Source: Candidatus Latescibacterota bacterium | GTDB taxonomy: Bacteria; Latescibacterota; UBA2968 | Assembly: GCA_965208125.1 (NCBI GenBank) | Contig: OZ242320.1 | Span: 4,544,001 to 4,608,000 of the forward strand | Direction: 5' to 3' | DNA length: 64,000 nt | In this document: positions 9,496-18,173 of the stretch, piece after piece | Layout of the letters: every line of letters begins with the position of its first letter | Numbering within the stretch: the first letter of the stretch is position 1 | Program-made: the position numbers and the translations under genes | The notes under the pieces: model-generated | Database searches by the model: none | What the model saw: the letters and a program-made list of their open reading frames with translations, nothing else | What the model was told of the DNA's origin: nothing

Positions 9496-10572
9496 ATGAA
9501 AACATATCGCGCAGCACTGATTGGATGCAGTCGGATGGGTGCATTTATTGACAACGAGGTGGATCACACGCGGGCGTATTCCCATGCGGCGGGATACGAG
9601 GCCTGTGATCGAACAGATCTGGTCGCGTGTGCGGATCTGCGCGAAGATGTGATGGCGCAGGCGGGCGAGCGATATGGGGTGCCAAAATCGCGGCAGTACA
9701 CGGATTATCGGGAACTTATCAATACGGAAGAGCCAGATATTGTGAGCGTGGCGACGCAGCCAGAGCAGCGCGCAGAAATTGTGGTGTATGCTGCCGAGCA
9801 CGGAGCAAAGGCGATTTATGCTGAAAAAGCGATGGCGGCTTCTATGGCAGATGCCGATGCGATGGTCGATGCGTGTGAGCGCAATGGTGTGTTTTTCAAT
9901 CTGGGTACCAATCGGCGATGGGATCGGGGATATGACAGTATGAAAGAGGTGATTGATAGCGGGCGCGTTGGGCGGTTGCGATCGCTGATCATTCATCAGA
10001 CGAGTTCTCTTTTCAATGGTGCGAGTCACAGTTTTGATCTGTTGATGCGCCTCAATAGCGACCATCCCGCGCTATGGGTGCAGGGACATCTACAGCAGGG
10101 TGCAGACGAGATTGAGGGAAATGTCTTGAAGGCAGATCCCGCGGGGCACGGGATTATCCAGTTTGAAAATGGCGTGACGGCGTATGCCCTCAATTCCGGG
10201 AGGGGTATGGAGGTTGAAGCTGTGGGTGATGCTGGGGTTGTGACGGCTTTGCAAAATGGCGCAGGGTGGCAGGTGCGCGAGGTGGTTGGGCACGATCACA
10301 GGGGACGGAATGTGCTGGGATTTGGGGATTTTCCAGAGGTGGAACCGACGAGTTCAACCGTACATTTGATTGAAGATCTGGCACATGCGCTGGATACGGG
10401 TGAACCGACGCGGTGCGGTGTGCGATTGGCACATGCCAATCAAGAATTGATTTTCGCTTTTGTCGAATCGCACCAGCGAGGGGGCGAACGGGTGCATTTG
10501 CCGTTGAAAGACTGTTCCTATCGCATGGATCGCGGTTTTGCACCCAGACAACCGAAGTTTGAACGGGAGTGA
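9496..10572 (+). CDS. Gfo/Idh/MocA family oxidoreductase
   Basis: Start re-called at ATG 9496 (MKTYRAALIGCSRMG); YAEKAMA, NRRW; paralog of the upstream gene. Confidence 0.85.
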   Translation: MKTYRAALIGCSRMGAFIDNEVDHTRAYSHAAGYEACDRTDLVACADLREDVMAQAGERYGVPKSRQYTDYRELINTEEPDIVSVATQPEQRAEIVVYAAEHGAKAIYAEKAMAASMADADAMVDACERNGVFFNLGTNRRWDRGYDSMKEVIDSGRVGRLRSLIIHQTSSLFNGASHSFDLLMRLNSDHPALWVQGHLQQGADEIEGNVLKADPAGHGIIQFENGVTAYALNSGRGMEVEAVGDAGVVTALQNGAGWQVREVVGHDHRGRNVLGFGDFPEVEPTSSTVHLIEDLAHALDTGEPTRCGVRLAHANQELIFAFVESHQRGGERVHLPLKDCSYRMDRGFAPRQPKFERE

Positions 10573-10583
10573 AGGAGGTTATT

Positions 10584-11600
10584 GTGGAATATCGCGAGTT
10601 TGGACAGACGGGATTGAAGGTTTCGGCAATCGGTTTTGGATGCTGGGAATTGGGCGGGGGATATGGGTCTATTGATGACGCTGAGGTCGTCGCTGCGGTC
10701 AACCGCGCCGTTGATCTGGGGATCAATTGTTTTGATACGGCGCAGGGATATGGCAAGGGCGCGTCTGAACGGTTGCTTGCGCGCGCGCTGGGGCCCAGGC
10801 GCAAAGATGTGATTCTGGTTACTAAGTTCGGCATTGGATACGAGCATGGAAGAGATAGCAGCAAGGAGATGGTTCACCGGGCGATTGAGCAAAGTCTGGA
10901 GATGCTGAATACGGATTACGTCGATGTGTATCTCGTGCATTGGCCTGACCGCGATACGCCCTTTGAAGAGACTATGGGCGCTCTGGAGGAAATCGTCCAG
11001 GCGGGGAAGACGCGGTTTGTGGGGCTGTCGAATTTTACGCCTCCGGAAATCGCGCGGTGTATGGATGCGCGCCGCGTGGAGGTGTTGCAATACGGGTGTA
11101 ATTTGTTTGACCGCCGCCATGTCAAGTGGACATTTCCCTATGCGGAAGCAAATAATGTGGGGGTGATGACATACGGTTCTCTGGCTTATGGCCTGCTCGC
11201 CGGCGCGTTTACAGAAGACACGGTTTTTGAAGATAATGATTGGCGGAGAAGAGGCGGTAGCAATACGACTTTGCGCCTGTTTGAGCCGGGTATTTTTCAG
11301 CGGAATGTCCGGGCGGTGAATGAGTTGAAAGAGATCGCTGTAGGGCTGGGCAAAAATCTGCCGCATATGGCGCTGAATTGGGTGTTGTCTCACAAGGCTG
11401 TGAGTACGGCACTGGTGGGTGCGCGAAGGCCAGAAGAGGTAGAAGACAATATGGGCGCTCTGGGGTGGACGTTGGATGAGGATACAAAACGGGCAATTGA
11501 TCGGGTTTTTGCCAAGTACGAGATCGACACGGCGCCCAATAAGTGGGGCGAAATAGATGCCGTGTGGATGGATATCGATCCTTTAGAATGGGCAGAATGA
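10584..11600 (+). CDS. Aldo/keto reductase
   Basis: GLKVSAIGFGCW, FDTAQGYG, TKFG, DVYLVHWPD, GLSNF; GTG start after AAGGAGG. Confidence 0.93.
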   Translation: MEYREFGQTGLKVSAIGFGCWELGGGYGSIDDAEVVAAVNRAVDLGINCFDTAQGYGKGASERLLARALGPRRKDVILVTKFGIGYEHGRDSSKEMVHRAIEQSLEMLNTDYVDVYLVHWPDRDTPFEETMGALEEIVQAGKTRFVGLSNFTPPEIARCMDARRVEVLQYGCNLFDRRHVKWTFPYAEANNVGVMTYGSLAYGLLAGAFTEDTVFEDNDWRRRGGSNTTLRLFEPGIFQRNVRAVNELKEIAVGLGKNLPHMALNWVLSHKAVSTALVGARRPEEVEDNMGALGWTLDEDTKRAIDRVFAKYEIDTAPNKWGEIDAVWMDIDPLEWAE

Positions 11601-11607
11601 GGGGGAT

Positions 11608-12555
11608 ATGATGGATAATGTGCGCGTTGGTGTGATTGGATGTGGGGGCAGGGGCAGGGGACATATTCGAACTTTGAATGGGTTTGAGGATGTGCATCTC
11701 GCGGCGGTCTGCGATCCGGTTGCGGAGATCCGCGAGTCCGTGTGTGAAGAGTACGGGATTGAAGGACAATACGGCGATGTTTCCGCGTTGCTCGAAGGCG
11801 AGGCTTTGGATGCGGTTTTTGTCGCGCCGCCTGCTCACTTAAATGCCACGCTTGCATTGCCGTGTCTGGAGGCTGGGGTCAATACTTTTTTGGAGAAACC
11901 GCCCGGTTTGAGTCTGAAAGAGACCGAAGCGTTAAAAGCTGCGTCGGACGAAACGGGTGCGAAAGCCATGGTAGGCTGGAATCGGCGATTTCATCCGATT
12001 ATTGTCGAGGCGCGAAATCTGGTGCTGGATCGCGGTCCTGTGACGCAATTGGTGGGGGAGTTCCACAAGAGTATTACGGATTTGGGGAATTCGGGCAAAT
12101 TTGCCGAGGTGCTGATGGATTGTATGCTTTTTGAGACGCCGATTCACGCGATTGATACGATACGCTTTTTGGCAGATGCCGATGTTTCCGAGGTTCACAG
12201 TGTGGTGCAGCGGTCTATGTCCGGTTATCGGGATGTACACGCGGCTCTCGTTGCGTTTGAAAATGGCGTTGTCGCGCAGCTTATTCACAATTATACGACC
12301 AATGCCAGGCTGGAGCGTTATGAGATTCACGGGCACGAGATTTCGGCTTATATGGAGGGCGTGTCACGCGGAGAGGTTTTTTGCGATGGCGAGAAAAGAG
12401 AGTTGAGCGGGGATGGATCGGGTACAGATGAACAGAACCGATTTTTTATCGATTGTGTGAAAGAAGACCGCCCGGTCGCGCTTCCCGCGGCGAATCTGGA
12501 TGAGGCGATTAAGACGATGGAACTGGCCGAGGCGATTATGGCGGGGACGCAATAG
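11608..12555 (+). CDS. Gfo/Idh/MocA family oxidoreductase
   Basis: VIGCGGRG, FLEKPPG, GWNRRF, IHAID. Confidence 0.9.
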   Translation: MMDNVRVGVIGCGGRGRGHIRTLNGFEDVHLAAVCDPVAEIRESVCEEYGIEGQYGDVSALLEGEALDAVFVAPPAHLNATLALPCLEAGVNTFLEKPPGLSLKETEALKAASDETGAKAMVGWNRRFHPIIVEARNLVLDRGPVTQLVGEFHKSITDLGNSGKFAEVLMDCMLFETPIHAIDTIRFLADADVSEVHSVVQRSMSGYRDVHAALVAFENGVVAQLIHNYTTNARLERYEIHGHEISAYMEGVSRGEVFCDGEKRELSGDGSGTDEQNRFFIDCVKEDRPVALPAANLDEAIKTMELAEAIMAGTQ

Positions 12556-12571
12556 TATCGGATTCTTTCTA

Positions 12572-12600
12572 TTGACAATATTTTCCGAATCCCGTAATTT
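12572..12600 (+). promoter_or_regulatory. tRNA-Pro promoter TTGACA-17-TAATTT
   Basis: Perfect -35 with 17-nt spacer; -10 ends 14 nt before the tRNA. Confidence 0.7.
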
Positions 12601-12614
12601 TCAGATAATAGAAA

Positions 12615-12691
12615 CGAGGTGTGGCTCAGTCCGGTAGAGCACCTGCTTTGGGAGCAGGGGGCCGGGGGTTCAAATCCCTCCACCTCGACCA
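12615..12691 (+). tRNA. tRNA-Pro(UGG)
   Basis: Acceptor CGAGGTG/CACCTCG, anticodon arm CCTGC-TTTGGGA-GCAGG, TTCAAAT T-loop, encoded CCA. Confidence 0.97.
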
Positions 12692-12697
12692 ATAAAA

Positions 12698-12740
12698 ACA
12701 AGGGGTTGCGAGTTTTGCTCGCAACCCCTTGTCGTTTTGA
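12698..12740 (+). terminator. Hairpin downstream of tRNA-Pro (probable intrinsic terminator)
   Basis: 15-bp perfect stem ACAAGGGGTTGCGAG/CTCGCAACCCCTTGT, followed by cgtttt. Confidence 0.7.
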
Positions 12741-12750
12741 AGGATGGAAG

Positions 12751-12785
12751 AAAAAGCGCCTGTGCAAAAATCGCACAAGCGCTTT
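12751..12785 (-). terminator. Intrinsic terminator of tRNA-Gln (possibly bidirectional)
   Basis: Minus strand AAAGCGCTTGTGC-loop-GCACAGGCGCTTTTT; T tracts on both strands. Confidence 0.7.
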
Positions 12786-12791
12786 CTTTTT

Positions 12792-12865
12792 TGGTTGCCC
12801 CTCAGGGATTCGAACCCCGATACCTGGAACCAAAATCCAGTGTCTTGCCATTAGACGAAGGGGCA
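12792..12865 (-). tRNA. tRNA-Gln(UUG)
   Basis: Reverse complement TGCCCCTTCGTCTAATGGCAAGACACTGGATTTTGGTTCCAGG...GGTTCGAATCCCTGAGGGGCAACCA; U1-A72, anticodon TTG. Confidence 0.97.
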
Positions 12866-12884
12866 ATACTATGTCGAGGAGCTA

Positions 12885-12913
12885 AATATAAATTTTTAGC
12901 CGATTACAGGCAA
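12885..12913 (-). promoter_or_regulatory. tRNA-Gln promoter TTGCCT-17-TATATT
   Basis: Minus strand ttgcct gtaatcggctaaaaatt tatatt, just upstream of the tRNA. Confidence 0.65.
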
Positions 12914-12956
12914 CTTACTTTTTAGAAATCAGTGGTCAGCGGTCAATAAAAAACCT

Positions 12957-12991
12957 TCTGGATCGCGGCTCAACTTCATGCCGCGATGACA
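12957..12991 (-). repeat. REP-like palindrome (GTCATCGCGG...CCGCGATCCAG type)
   Basis: Stem ATCGCGGC/GCCGCGAT with GTCAT...ATCCAG flanks, typical of CGTC/TGTC-class REPs; single copy in the window. Confidence 0.5.
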
Positions 12992-12994
12992 GAC

Positions 12995-13020
12995 GGGACG
13001 GCACAGGGGCCGTCCCCTAC
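12995..13020 (-). repeat. GTAG-class REP, copy 1 (overlaps the glnS stop codon)
   Basis: GTAG-GGGACGGC-CCCTGT-GCCGTCCC. Confidence 0.8.
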
Positions 13021-14693
13021 TTACTTCTCATTCTCGCCCATGTGTCGCGCAGGGTGATTGTTCGATTTAATACGAGTTTTTCATCTGATGAGTCCGGATC
13101 GACACAGAAATAGCCCAGTCGTTCGAATTGGACCACGCTGCCAACTTCTGCTCCTTTCATGCTCGGTTCGACATAACAGGTAGGGCGCACTTCCAATGAG
13201 TCGGGGTTTAAGTTGTCTGTGAAGTCCTGTCCATCTTCGGTTCGGGTTGGGTTTTCCGTCATGAACAGTCGATCAAATAATCGCACTTCGGATTTTAGCG
13301 CGTGTTTAGCAGATACCCAGTGCAGTGTCGAGCGAACCCTGCGTTTATCGGGTGTTGTGCCGCCGCGGCTTTCGGGATCCCAGGTACAGCGGAGTTCGAT
13401 TATGTTGCCGCCATCGTCTTTTATAGCTTCCTGACATGTGATATAACACGCCGCGCGCAATCGCACCTCTCGTCCAGGCGCGAGACGGTAAAATTTGCGC
13501 GGGGGATCTTCCATAAAATCTTCCCGCTCGATGTACAATTCCCGCGAAAAAGGCACGGGGCGCGTGCCGGCATCGGGGTCTTCGGGATTGATCATCGCTT
13601 CAAATGTTTCTTCTTCGCCTTCGGGATAGTTTTCAATGACTACTTTTAGGGGATCAATGACGCCCATGACCCTGGGGGCGACCTTGTTCAGGTGCTCGCG
13701 AATATAGAATTCAAACAAATCTATTTCTGCCGTTGTATCCCGTCGGTTCATTCCCACGCGCCAGATAAAATTCTTAATGGCTTGCGGCGGTATCCCGCGT
13801 CGTCGCATTCCCGAAAGCGTGGGCATGCGCGGGTCGTCCCATCCGTTTACAAGACCGCGCTCGACCAGTTGGGTCAACATGCGCTTGCTGGTCAATGTGT
13901 AGGTGATATTCAACCGCGCAAATTCGATTTGCCGCGATGGGAATATCTCTAATTGCTGGATGTACCAATCGTACAGGGGGCGGTGTTCTGCAAACTCGAT
14001 GCTGCACAGCGAGTGCGTGACTTGCTCAATGGCGTCGGATTGTCCGTGTGCCCAGTCGTACATTGGATAAATACACCATTTGTCGCCCGTGCGATGGTGT
14101 GATGTGTGTTTGATCCGATACATTACGGGATCGCGCATGTTCATATTTGGCGATGCCATGTCGGCTTTGGCGCGCAATGTACACGCGCCGTCGGGAAAGT
14201 TTCCATTTTTCATTCGCTCAAATAGGTCGAGATTTTCCGACACGGTGCGATTTCGATAGGGGCTGTTTTTTCCTGGTTCTGTTACTGTGCCTCGGTATTC
14301 GCGTATTTCCTGTGGACTCAGGTCGCAGACATAGGCTTTTCCCTGCATAATGAGTTCCACAGCATAATCGTAGAGTTGGTCAAAATAGTCAGAGGCAAAG
14401 TATAACCCATCGCCCCAATCAAAGCCCATCCATTTCAAATCTTCCTGGATAGACTCGACGTATTCGGTGTCTTCCCGGTCCGGGTTGGTGTCGTCAAACC
14501 GGAGATTGCACTGTCCGTTAAATTCCTCGGCGAGACCAAAGTCCAGACAAAAAGCCTTGGCATGGCCGATGTGCAGATAGCCATTTGGCTCTGGCGGGAA
14601 TCGCGTTACGATTTTTTTGTGTTTGCCATTTTTTACGTCTTCGCGAACAATTTCTCGGATAAAATCCGTTGGTGCGTCTTCGGTTGTTGCCAT
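13017..14693 (-). CDS. glnS: Glutamine--tRNA ligase
   Basis: [53 protein letters not shown]; no C-terminal YqeY domain. Confidence 0.97.
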   Translation of the reverse strand: MATTEDAPTDFIREIVREDVKNGKHKKIVTRFPPEPNGYLHIGHAKAFCLDFGLAEEFNGQCNLRFDDTNPDREDTEYVESIQEDLKWMGFDWGDGLYFASDYFDQLYDYAVELIMQGKAYVCDLSPQEIREYRGTVTEPGKNSPYRNRTVSENLDLFERMKNGNFPDGACTLRAKADMASPNMNMRDPVMYRIKHTSHHRTGDKWCIYPMYDWAHGQSDAIEQVTHSLCSIEFAEHRPLYDWYIQQLEIFPSRQIEFARLNITYTLTSKRMLTQLVERGLVNGWDDPRMPTLSGMRRRGIPPQAIKNFIWRVGMNRRDTTAEIDLFEFYIREHLNKVAPRVMGVIDPLKVVIENYPEGEEETFEAMINPEDPDAGTRPVPFSRELYIEREDFMEDPPRKFYRLAPGREVRLRAACYITCQEAIKDDGGNIIELRCTWDPESRGGTTPDKRRVRSTLHWVSAKHALKSEVRLFDRLFMTENPTRTEDGQDFTDNLNPDSLEVRPTCYVEPSMKGAEVGSVVQFERLGYFCVDPDSSDEKLVLNRTITLRDTWARMRSK

Positions 14694-14732
14694 TTTTAGA
14701 CCTTTTGGGTTGTTAGTTGTTAGTCCGTCACT

Positions 14733-14758
14733 GGGCGACCACAGGGGGTCGCCCCTAC
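14733..14758 (-). repeat. GTAG-class REP, copy 2 (between proS and glnS)
   Basis: GTAG-GGGCGACC-CCCTGT-GGTCGCCC. Confidence 0.8.
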
Positions 14759-14778
14759 AGGGAATTACCCTTCACACT

Positions 14779-16533
14779 TCATCGTGAACTGGTCTGGACT
14801 GCGCCCAGTTGTACAGCTTTCCTCACTTCACACTTCACCTGTTCTACTGCCTGATCCAGAGGCACATCTGTGCGGGCATTTTCATGGCGCAATTTCATCT
14901 CTATCTGTCCATTTGCCAGGCCGCGTGATCCCACGGTCAACCGTATTGGGATGCCGATTAAATCCGCATCGTTAAATTTTACGCCTGCGCGTTCATCGCG
15001 GTCGTCGAGCAAGACATCCAGTCCTGCGGCCTTTAGTTGCGCGTACAATTTTTCGGCGGCTTCCAGTTCTCCTGCGGGTTTTCTACCCGTCAGAACTACG
15101 ATTTGCACTTCAAAGGGCGCGACCGATATTGGCCAGATAATGCCGTGGTCATCGTGATGGGCTTCGATAATACACGCCAATAATCTGCCCACACCGATGC
15201 CGTAACATCCCATGAAGAGGGGCTGCATTTTGCCGTTTTCATCCAGGACTCTCGCGTCCATGCTGTCGCTGTACTTTGTGCCGAGTTTGAAGATGTTGCC
15301 CACTTCAATGCCGCGCGTGCTGTCGAGCGGGGTTTCGCATTCTGGACAGAGCATGCCTTTTTCTACGGCGATGAGGTCTGTGACGATGTCGGGATCAAAA
15401 TCGCGTCCCACATTGACGTTTAAGTAGTGATATCCTTCCTCATTCGCGCCCGATACAAAATTTGTTCCTTTTGCGATGGCTTCATCTACGACTACGATTG
15501 CGTTTTTCACGGCCATTGGCGACGCATATCCGGGGACTGCACCGACTGCTGTGATTTCCTCGTCTGTTGCTGGTCGCAATGCCTGCGCCTTTACCACGTT
15601 GGCGAGTTTGGTTTCATTCAATTCGCGGTCGCCGCGCAGTACTGCAAAGATAAATTTTTCTTCGCCATTTATTGTGCCGATCAAAAATACGGCTTTGGCT
15701 GTCTCGCTCTGCGGTACGTTCAAAAACGAGGCGACTTCTTCAATGGTTTTGCAATTGGGGGTCGCCACTTTTTGCAGGGGTTTTTCACTTTCCGCTTCAA
15801 TGGCTTCCCTCTTATATGTCGCTACCTGTCGATTGGCCTGATAACCGCATGTATCGCATAAGAGCAGGGTGTCTTCGCCGCCTGGATTTAGATACATAAA
15901 TTCATGTGCTTCTGTTCCGCCCATCATTCCCGGGTCGCTTTCTACTGAGATGACGTGGTCGCCCAATCCCGCGCGTTCAAATATCCGCTGATATGCCTCG
16001 TACATGCGCGGGTAATACGCATCTAAACCCGCCTGGTCGATGTGAAAGCTATACCCGTCTTTCATCGTAAATTCGCGTACGCGAATCAAGCCACCGCGGC
16101 TGCGCGGTTCGTCGCGGAATTTGGTTTGAAGCTGAAACGCGCTCAATGGCAATTGTCGGTAGCTCTGTACCATGTGACGCGCCAGGTCGGTGACTGCTTC
16201 TTCGTGCGTCATTGCCAAACACATGTCGCGGTCTGCGCGGTCTTTCATGCGCATCATTTCCGGGCCGACATCGTCCCACCGACCACTCTCGTGCCAGATT
16301 TCCGCGGGTTGTACCACGGGCATCGAAATTTCAAAGCAATCCGCGCGTTCCATTTCTTCGCGCAATATCTGTTCGATCTTTCGCTTTACGCGCAACCCCA
16401 GCGGTAAGAAACTAAAAATTCCCGATGCCAGAGGACGAATTAGCCCCGCGCGCAAGGCCAACTGGTGACTGATTGCTTCTGCATCTGCGGGTACCTCGCG
16501 CAGGGTTTGTGTCAATAATTGAGAGTAACGCAT
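14779..16533 (-). CDS. proS: Proline--tRNA ligase (bacterial type with INS editing domain)
   Basis: SHQLALRAG, THEE, KFRDEPRSRGGLIRVREFTMKDGYSF, IEVGNIFKLG, MGCYGIGVGR. Confidence 0.97.
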   Translation of the reverse strand: MRYSQLLTQTLREVPADAEAISHQLALRAGLIRPLASGIFSFLPLGLRVKRKIEQILREEMERADCFEISMPVVQPAEIWHESGRWDDVGPEMMRMKDRADRDMCLAMTHEEAVTDLARHMVQSYRQLPLSAFQLQTKFRDEPRSRGGLIRVREFTMKDGYSFHIDQAGLDAYYPRMYEAYQRIFERAGLGDHVISVESDPGMMGGTEAHEFMYLNPGGEDTLLLCDTCGYQANRQVATYKREAIEAESEKPLQKVATPNCKTIEEVASFLNVPQSETAKAVFLIGTINGEEKFIFAVLRGDRELNETKLANVVKAQALRPATDEEITAVGAVPGYASPMAVKNAIVVVDEAIAKGTNFVSGANEEGYHYLNVNVGRDFDPDIVTDLIAVEKGMLCPECETPLDSTRGIEVGNIFKLGTKYSDSMDARVLDENGKMQPLFMGCYGIGVGRLLACIIEAHHDDHGIIWPISVAPFEVQIVVLTGRKPAGELEAAEKLYAQLKAAGLDVLLDDRDERAGVKFNDADLIGIPIRLTVGSRGLANGQIEMKLRHENARTDVPLDQAVEQVKCEVRKAVQLGAVQTSSR

Positions 16534-16640
16534 TTCTATCCCTTTAGAAAATTCCTGGAAAATATAAACAAAATGCGGGGATCAGAGCCAAATATTGTGT
16601 TCAGTTTGATATTGTGGACGATTTGGCGTTGCATAAAGTT

Positions 16641-17324
16641 TCACGATGGGCGGACAAGTGCGATTAACAGATCTGGACGGTTCGAGCCGATGGCGTCAAC
16701 TCCCAGATCGATAACACGCTGTATCTCCTCAACTGTGTCGGGGTTCCAGGCGCGGATCATGAGGCCGTGTGCATGCGCTTTCTGAACGAGTTGGGCGTCG
16801 ATATTTGGATGCAGGATGTGTATCCCTACCGCTCCCATATCGATAGCCTGTTCACACGCATCAGATGGTGGATTCGACCACAACGCCCCCAGTGCCAGGC
16901 TCGGATTAAGCTGGCGCGCTTCGCGTAGCCGCTCATGGACAAACGAGGTCAGAAGTACCTCGCTTTCTATATTATTTCGCTCAACCGTCCGGACGACTGG
17001 CTCGGCGGTGTCGGGTCCTTTCAGTTCAATCTGAAGGACCACTTTCTCGCGCACCAGGTCTATGACTTCCTGTAGTGTCGGAATGCGCTCTCCTTTACCG
17101 GCGTCCAACCGCTTGATTTCCTCTAACGTAAAGTCGGCGACCGCGCCCTGTCCATCGGTCGTTCGATCTACGGTGGTATCGTGAATGACGACGAGGTGCT
17201 GATCGCGTGTGAGGTGTACGTCAAGCTCGATCTGATCGACGCCGAGATCTATCGCTTTTTGCATGGATAGCAGCGTATTTTCAGGTTCGAGTGCTGCTGC
17301 TCCCCGGTGTCCTGTAAGAATCAT
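16641..17324 (-). CDS. Glycerophosphodiester phosphodiesterase family protein
   Basis: GHRGA...PENT, IELDVHLTRD..LVVIHD, IPTL.E, IELK; start chosen at MILTGHRG. Confidence 0.92.
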   Translation of the reverse strand: MILTGHRGAAALEPENTLLSMQKAIDLGVDQIELDVHLTRDQHLVVIHDTTVDRTTDGQGAVADFTLEEIKRLDAGKGERIPTLQEVIDLVREKVVLQIELKGPDTAEPVVRTVERNNIESEVLLTSFVHERLREARQLNPSLALGALWSNPPSDACEQAIDMGAVGIHILHPNIDAQLVQKAHAHGLMIRAWNPDTVEEIQRVIDLGVDAIGSNRPDLLIALVRPS

Positions 17325-17346
17325 TTGAGTCCTCTCTTCCATAAAA

Positions 17347-18162
17347 TTATCCAATTTCGACGACTAACCCATCTTCACCCACCATGACTTCGCCGCTATA
17401 TTCTTTCCGAATCTGGTCGCCCATGCGATGCACGGCTTGTAGATCACCCGTGATGTCTTCGATTACCAGATGTTTGATCATTACGCGTTTTACATTGGCC
17501 GTAGTTGCAATTTCTGCGATTTCTGGCGGTGTAATATGCCATGATCCCCAGGGTTGGGTCGCTAAAAATTCAGCGGTGCCCGAACATTCTATGGACAATA
17601 AATCGGCATTTTGACAGAATGCTGTGAATTCCGCATCGGGATTTCCGTCGCCCGTGATTACGACGCGGTGATCTCTGGTATCGATGCGGTAGGCGAGTGT
17701 GGGGATGCCGCCATGGTCTGTGAATGTTGCGGATAATTGAAAGTCGTCCGTGGGTAGAAATTCGCCTTTTGCTCCGATCTCGATGACTTCTGGGTCGAGT
17801 ACACTGTCGTCTTTTCCATGTCCAATTCGACTTTGAATATCCTGCTCAAAGGGCGGGCGAATTACATGTGATACAAAGTGTTTTGTCCCGACGGGACCAT
17901 AAATTTGCAAGGGTTTTTTGCGTACCTTTACCCATCCTACAAATACGAGATAGGGGACATCGACGATGTGATCGAAGTGCAGGTGGGTCAAGAATAGTCG
18001 ATCTATATCTTCGCAATTTACGCCTGCACGCGCCAGATTTGTACACGCGGACCGACCGCAGTCGAACATCCAGTTTTCATTGCCGATTTGCAATAATTGC
18101 GATGGGCCGCCGCGATTCGGGTTGTCCCGCACTGCACCGCTGCCGAGCATGATATATCGCAT
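17347..18162 (-). CDS. MBL-fold metallo-hydrolase (RNase Z / AtsA-like)
   Basis: LGSG, FDCG, THLHFDH, TGD, KH motifs. Confidence 0.85.
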   Translation of the reverse strand: MRYIMLGSGAVRDNPNRGGPSQLLQIGNENWMFDCGRSACTNLARAGVNCEDIDRLFLTHLHFDHIVDVPYLVFVGWVKVRKKPLQIYGPVGTKHFVSHVIRPPFEQDIQSRIGHGKDDSVLDPEVIEIGAKGEFLPTDDFQLSATFTDHGGIPTLAYRIDTRDHRVVITGDGNPDAEFTAFCQNADLLSIECSGTAEFLATQPWGSWHITPPEIAEIATTANVKRVMIKHLVIEDITGDLQAVHRMGDQIRKEYSGEVMVGEDGLVVEIG

Positions 18163-18173
18163 GATTAAATCCT

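Noticed and set aside
10518-11393. 291-aa antisense ORF opposite the aldo/keto reductase
   Set aside because: Shadow ORF arising from codon bias; no motifs or RBS.
12348-12925. ORFs spanning the tRNA pair
   Set aside because: They are translations of tRNA and terminator sequence.
14709-14724. Short heptamer tandems (TTGTTAG x2; also TCAGYGG x2 near 12929-12946) beside the REPs
   Set aside because: Only two units each; too short to distinguish from chance and not a CRISPR or VNTR.
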